Origin: Chthoniobacterales bacterium
Lineage (GTDB): Bacteria; Verrucomicrobiota; Verrucomicrobiia; Chthoniobacterales; UBA10450
Reading direction: 5' to 3'
Length of the DNA: 64,000 nt
Assembly (NCBI GenBank): GCA_039915555.1
Contig: JBDSNB010000044.1
Coordinates: 3,122-67,121 of the forward strand
Under the pieces are notes generated by a model. It saw only the letters and a list, made by a program, of their open reading frames with translations. It did no database searches and was not told the origin of the DNA. The translations under genes were made by a program, and so were the position numbers. Positions 60,738 to 64,000 of the stretch are shown here, in pieces. Positions within the stretch are counted from its first letter, which is position 1; each line of letters begins with the position of its first letter.

Positions 60738-62068
60738 GACCAGTCGAACAATCGCGCGCTCGTCTCCTTGAGAAACTCTTTCCGCTCCGCCAGCCACGCC
60801 TGCGATTGTTGAAGTTCCTTCTTCATCTCATCGAAGTGCAACCCCGGCGCGGCCGCGTCGTCCACCGCAGGTACGAAAGTGCCATCCTGTAGCTGCCGCG
60901 CCACCGTCGCGTAAGCATCGCGAAACGGCATTCCATCCGCGGCCAACTGGCAGGCGTTATTCGCGGCGTGCAACTCTGCGGTTGAAGCCGTGGTGCATGC
61001 CTTCTCATTAATTTTGAGCCCCGGAAGCAAGTGCGCGAGGACGGCGAAAAGCTCCGCGCCTTTCGCGGTGATTTCGAGCAGCGGCGCTTTCAGTAATTGA
61101 TGATCGCGGTGATAACTCGATGGCAACCCGCCCGCCAGTTCCGCGAGCAATCCGGACAACCCGCGCAGCTCGCGACAACGCCCGCGCGCCAATTCCAGCA
61201 CATCAGGATTCCGCTTCTGCGGCATCAAGCTGGAGCCGGTGGTAAATGCATCCGGCAACCGCACGAATCCAAATTCCTCCGTGCTCCAAAGGAGCAAATC
61301 CCAAATCGCGTTTTCCAGCGTCCCCGCCGCTGAGACGATCCACGCCGCGACCGCCTGCTCGTGCCGGCCGCGTCCGTTCATCACGTCGATCGGACTGCGC
61401 TGCACGCGCGAAAATCCAAGCAGCTCCGCGCTCCTTTTCCGGTTAATCGCTACTGGCACGCCGAAGCCCGCCGCAGCACCGAGCGGCGAGCGATCGAGCC
61501 GCGACCAAATCGCCGGCAGTTGTTCCAGTTCTTCCAGTAACCCTTCCGCAAACGCACTCGCCCACATGCCCCAACTCGAAGGCATCGCGCGTCGCAGATG
61601 CGTGTAACCAGGAAGTGGCGAGTCCGCATGCTCACGAGCAAATGAGAGAAAAGCCGACGCGCAACGCTCCAACGTTTCACCCAGATCGAGCAACCGCGCG
61701 CGCATCAACAAACGCAGTGCGGTCTGCACCTGATCATTGCGCGAGCGCGCAAGATGAATCCGCCGCCCGGTGGTGCCGAGTCGCTGCGTCAGCGCCACTT
61801 CCAGCGTGGTGTGTCCGTCTTCTTGTTCCGGAGTAATCGTGAGCTCGCCGCGTTCCGCCTCCGCTTTCAATTCTCGCAACGCACCGACCAGCGCCTTGGC
61901 CTCCGCCAGGTAGAGCAAACCGCACTCACCGAGCATGCGCGCATGCGCGGCGCTTCCCTCTGCATCGAAGGACAACAACGCGAGATCGGTCGTCCGATCG
62001 TTCCCGACCGTGAACGCGTGCAGTCGCTCATCGAGCGGCAGGTCTTTCGCCCAAAGCGTCTCAGGCAT
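60734..62068 (-). CDS. argH: argininosuccinate lyase
   Basis: Fumarate-lyase family motifs: GYTHLRRAMPS, GSSLMPQKRNPDVLE and TSRNDQV-like (RSRNDQV). Confidence 0.9.
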   Translation of the reverse strand: MPETLWAKDLPLDERLHAFTVGNDRTTDLALLSFDAEGSAAHARMLGECGLLYLAEAKALVGALRELKAEAERGELTITPEQEDGHTTLEVALTQRLGTTGRRIHLARSRNDQVQTALRLLMRARLLDLGETLERCASAFLSFAREHADSPLPGYTHLRRAMPSSWGMWASAFAEGLLEELEQLPAIWSRLDRSPLGAAAGFGVPVAINRKRSAELLGFSRVQRSPIDVMNGRGRHEQAVAAWIVSAAGTLENAIWDLLLWSTEEFGFVRLPDAFTTGSSLMPQKRNPDVLELARGRCRELRGLSGLLAELAGGLPSSYHRDHQLLKAPLLEITAKGAELFAVLAHLLPGLKINEKACTTASTAELHAANNACQLAADGMPFRDAYATVARQLQDGTFVPAVDDAAAPGLHFDEMKKELQQSQAWLAERKEFLKETSARLFDWS

Positions 62069-63131
62069 GCGCCACCTCCGGTTTCGTCATCCGCGCGAAG
62101 TAGGCCTGCGCCAGCTTGCGATAAAATTGCGTGCCGGCCTCAAGTTCCTCGAACAGCAAATATTCGTTAGGGCGATGACTTCGGGCGGTGTCGCCCGGAC
62201 CGGCTTTCACCGCCGGAATTTCGCGCAGGAAGGCCCAATCCGACGCGGTGGCGGAACCCACTGGCACCGCGCGACCCGCCGCTTCCAACGCGGCTTGAAC
62301 AATCGGTTCCGCGCCATCGGTCGCCACCGCTTCGTAACGTCCGGAGTGGACGGTGACTTCACTTTCCAGCGCGGCATCGATGGTCGCTGCCAGCTTGGCG
62401 TGATCGAGATTCGGCGTCGTGCGCAGATCGACGAAGAACTCGCAACGATCCGGCACTTGATTGCGCGCCAAACCGCCGGCGATTTGCGTCACTTGCGCGG
62501 CCGTTTCGCCTAACGAAGCGTGAGGCGGAAATTTCATCTTCGCCAAGACTGCCACATCACGCGCCGCTTTATGGATCGCGTTCTCGCCCAGCTCAGCGTG
62601 CGCGACGTGCGCCGCTTCGCCATGCGCGGTGCAACGCAAGATCAATATCCCGCGCTGCGCGTTGCAAATTTCCAGCGAGGTCGGCTCGCCGATCACGGCG
62701 GCGTCGATCGCGCCGAGCTTGGGCTTCGTGGCGCGCACTCCTTCGCCACCGGCCTCTTCCTGAGCGACGAATGCGAACGTCAACCGACCAGCGAGCGGGG
62801 CAGTCTTTAATTCACGCGCGGCGAGAATCATCGCGGCGACGCATCCCTTCGCATCATTCGCGCCCAAACCAACCAGACGGTCGGTTGTGACCAGCGGAAT
62901 CTGCGGATCGCTCTCCCAACCGGCGCAGGCTGGGACGGTATCGAGGTGGCTGATCAGCAAAAGATGCGGCCGCGCTTCCGTCCCGAGACTGATCCAAAGA
63001 TTGTCGCCTTCGCGTTCCACCGCGAAGTCTTCGGCGCGCAAAAACTCCGAGAGTTGATCGGCGAGCGCGCGCTCGCTCCCGGAGACGCTCGGAATCGAAA
63101 CCAGCCACTCGAGCAGTTGCGCCGCTTTCAC
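62061..63131 (-). CDS. M20-family deacylase (acetylornithine deacetylase ArgE / LysK-like)
   Basis: LLEWLVSIPSVSGSE, LLLISHLDTVPA and FVAQEEAGGEG, plus the position inside the arg operon. Confidence 0.8.
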   Translation of the reverse strand: MKAAQLLEWLVSIPSVSGSERALADQLSEFLRAEDFAVEREGDNLWISLGTEARPHLLLISHLDTVPACAGWESDPQIPLVTTDRLVGLGANDAKGCVAAMILAARELKTAPLAGRLTFAFVAQEEAGGEGVRATKPKLGAIDAAVIGEPTSLEICNAQRGILILRCTAHGEAAHVAHAELGENAIHKAARDVAVLAKMKFPPHASLGETAAQVTQIAGGLARNQVPDRCEFFVDLRTTPNLDHAKLAATIDAALESEVTVHSGRYEAVATDGAEPIVQAALEAAGRAVPVGSATASDWAFLREIPAVKAGPGDTARSHRPNEYLLFEELEAGTQFYRKLAQAYFARMTKPEVAHA

Positions 63132-64000
63132 GAGCTGGCTTCGGTGGGCCGCTGCGTCACGACCATGGTGCCGCTGCCTTCATTCGTGAAAACCTCCGCC
63201 AGGATTGCATCGGCGAGCACGCCGGAAACCAGATGCACGCTGTGCACTCCCGCGGCGAGCGCAGCGCGCGCCGCCGTGATCTTCGGACGCATGCCAGTCT
63301 GGATGGCGCCGTTGTTTTCCAACTCGTCGAGTTTCGCGAGGTCGACCAACGGAAGAAGACTCCGCGCGTCTTCCGGGTTCGAAAGCAGACCGGGCGCTTT
63401 CAAGACAAAGAAAAGTTTCTCGGCCCCGAGCGCACCGGCGATTGCCGCCGCCACCGAATCCGCGTTCGTATTCAGAACCTGATGCGCGCTGTCAGCGGTG
63501 AAAGGTGCGATCACGGGCACGTAGTGGCCGTCAATCAAATGCCGCAGGAGACGCGGCTCTACTTTTTCGATATCGCCGACGCAGCCGAAATCCACCGTCT
63601 TGCCATCGATCGCGATCGGAGGCCGCCGCCGGCTTTGCAGCAATCCGCAATCCTGCCCCGACAAACCAACCGCCGGCAAACCAGCCGCTTGCAAGTCCGC
63701 GATGAGATCCATCTGTGCGCGGCCCTTTAACGCCATCTTGGCCGCTTCCAAAGTCTCCGGTGAAGTGACGCGACGACCAGCTACTTTGTGAGTCGTTAGG
63801 CCGAGGCGCTCCGCGAGCGCGTCCACCGCCGGCCCACCGCCGTGCACGATCACGAGCGGAATCGCAAAGCTGGAAAGGAGCGCGAGCTGACCGCAGACGC
63901 TTTGGCGCAAGGCGAGGTCAGCCAGGATGTCGCCGCCGATTTTGACGACGAACGGTTTGTCGCGAAACGCGCGCACATATTTAGCGGCGTCTTTCAGCGG
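63128..64000 (-). CDS. argB: acetylglutamate kinase (5' end probably beyond the window)
   Basis: Motifs FVVKIGG, VIVHGGGP, LNTNADSVAAAIA and GVHSVHLV. The reverse frame remains open from 63976 to 64000 (PLKDAAKYVRAFRDKP), so the GTG at 63976 is probably not the true start. Confidence 0.85.
   Translation of the reverse strand, partial: PLKDAAKYVRAFRDKPFVVKIGGDILADLALRQSVCGQLALLSSFAIPLVIVHGGGPAVDALAERLGLTTHKVAGRRVTSPETLEAAKMALKGRAQMDLIADLQAAGLPAVGLSGQDCGLLQSRRRPPIAIDGKTVDFGCVGDIEKVEPRLLRHLIDGHYVPVIAPFTADSAHQVLNTNADSVAAAIAGALGAEKLFFVLKAPGLLSNPEDARSLLPLVDLAKLDELENNGAIQTGMRPKITAARAALAAGVHSVHLVSGVLADAILAEVFTNEGSGTMVVTQRPTEASS

Overview
High-GC bacterial chromosomal window, densely coded, with about 50 CDS and 2 tRNAs. 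I saw no rRNA, CRISPR array, IS element, integrase or prophage genes. All calls come from reading the supplied ORF translations and the DNA by eye, using motif recall only (no BLAST or HMM), so family names are stronger than precise functions.

Layout, left to right:
- 1-9.6 kb: a SWIM/SNF2-like gene that is open at the left edge and absent from the ORF track, then galK, an M42 peptidase, a Tat-exported SDR, transporters, an orphan HPr and an acyl-CoA desaturase.
- 9.7-11.6 kb: a membrane Ser/Thr-kinase-like protein whose catalytic residues are all substituted, so a predicted pseudokinase.
- 11.8-20.3 kb: a complete reductive pyrimidine / beta-alanine catabolic cluster.
- 20.3-33 kb: CtlX-like enzyme, gmhA, a TPR protein, a GH63-like glucosidase, a DUF255 thioredoxin-fold protein, a CPA2 antiporter, and an ECF sigma / anti-sigma / DUF1223 / AhpD-like redox module.
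- 33.1 kb: tRNA-Ser(CGA).
- 35.4-45.4 kb: an operon of a 2532-aa fully reducing type I PKS (KS-AT-DH-cMT-ER-KR-ACP, no TE), a stand-alone condensation-domain protein and a membrane desaturase/hydroxylase. An AsnB-like amidotransferase is divergent from it.
- 47.8-50 kb: an amidase and tRNA-Thr(UGU).
- 50.1-55.1 kb: an NhaR-controlled ion/pH island (HPF-like, TerC, CNNM/CorC, NhaA).
- 55.1-57.5 kb: aguB-like amidase, a cyclophilin and a DUF1579 protein.
- 57.5-64 kb: a tightly overlapping arginine operon, argB-argE-argH-argG-X-argC, where X is an uncharacterised P-loop-like protein.

Most interesting observations:
1. The Mas/PapA-like PKS + C-domain + desaturase lipid operon.
2. A strikingly over-represented word, T-CGTTAGGC-G. 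By hand count it has 18 exact 8-mer copies, lies in all reading frames and on both strands, and forces rare TTA/CTA codons.
3. The unknown gene embedded in the arg operon.
4. An FMN-only PreA-like dihydropyrimidine dehydrogenase with no Fe-S tail and no PreT partner.
5. The pseudokinase.
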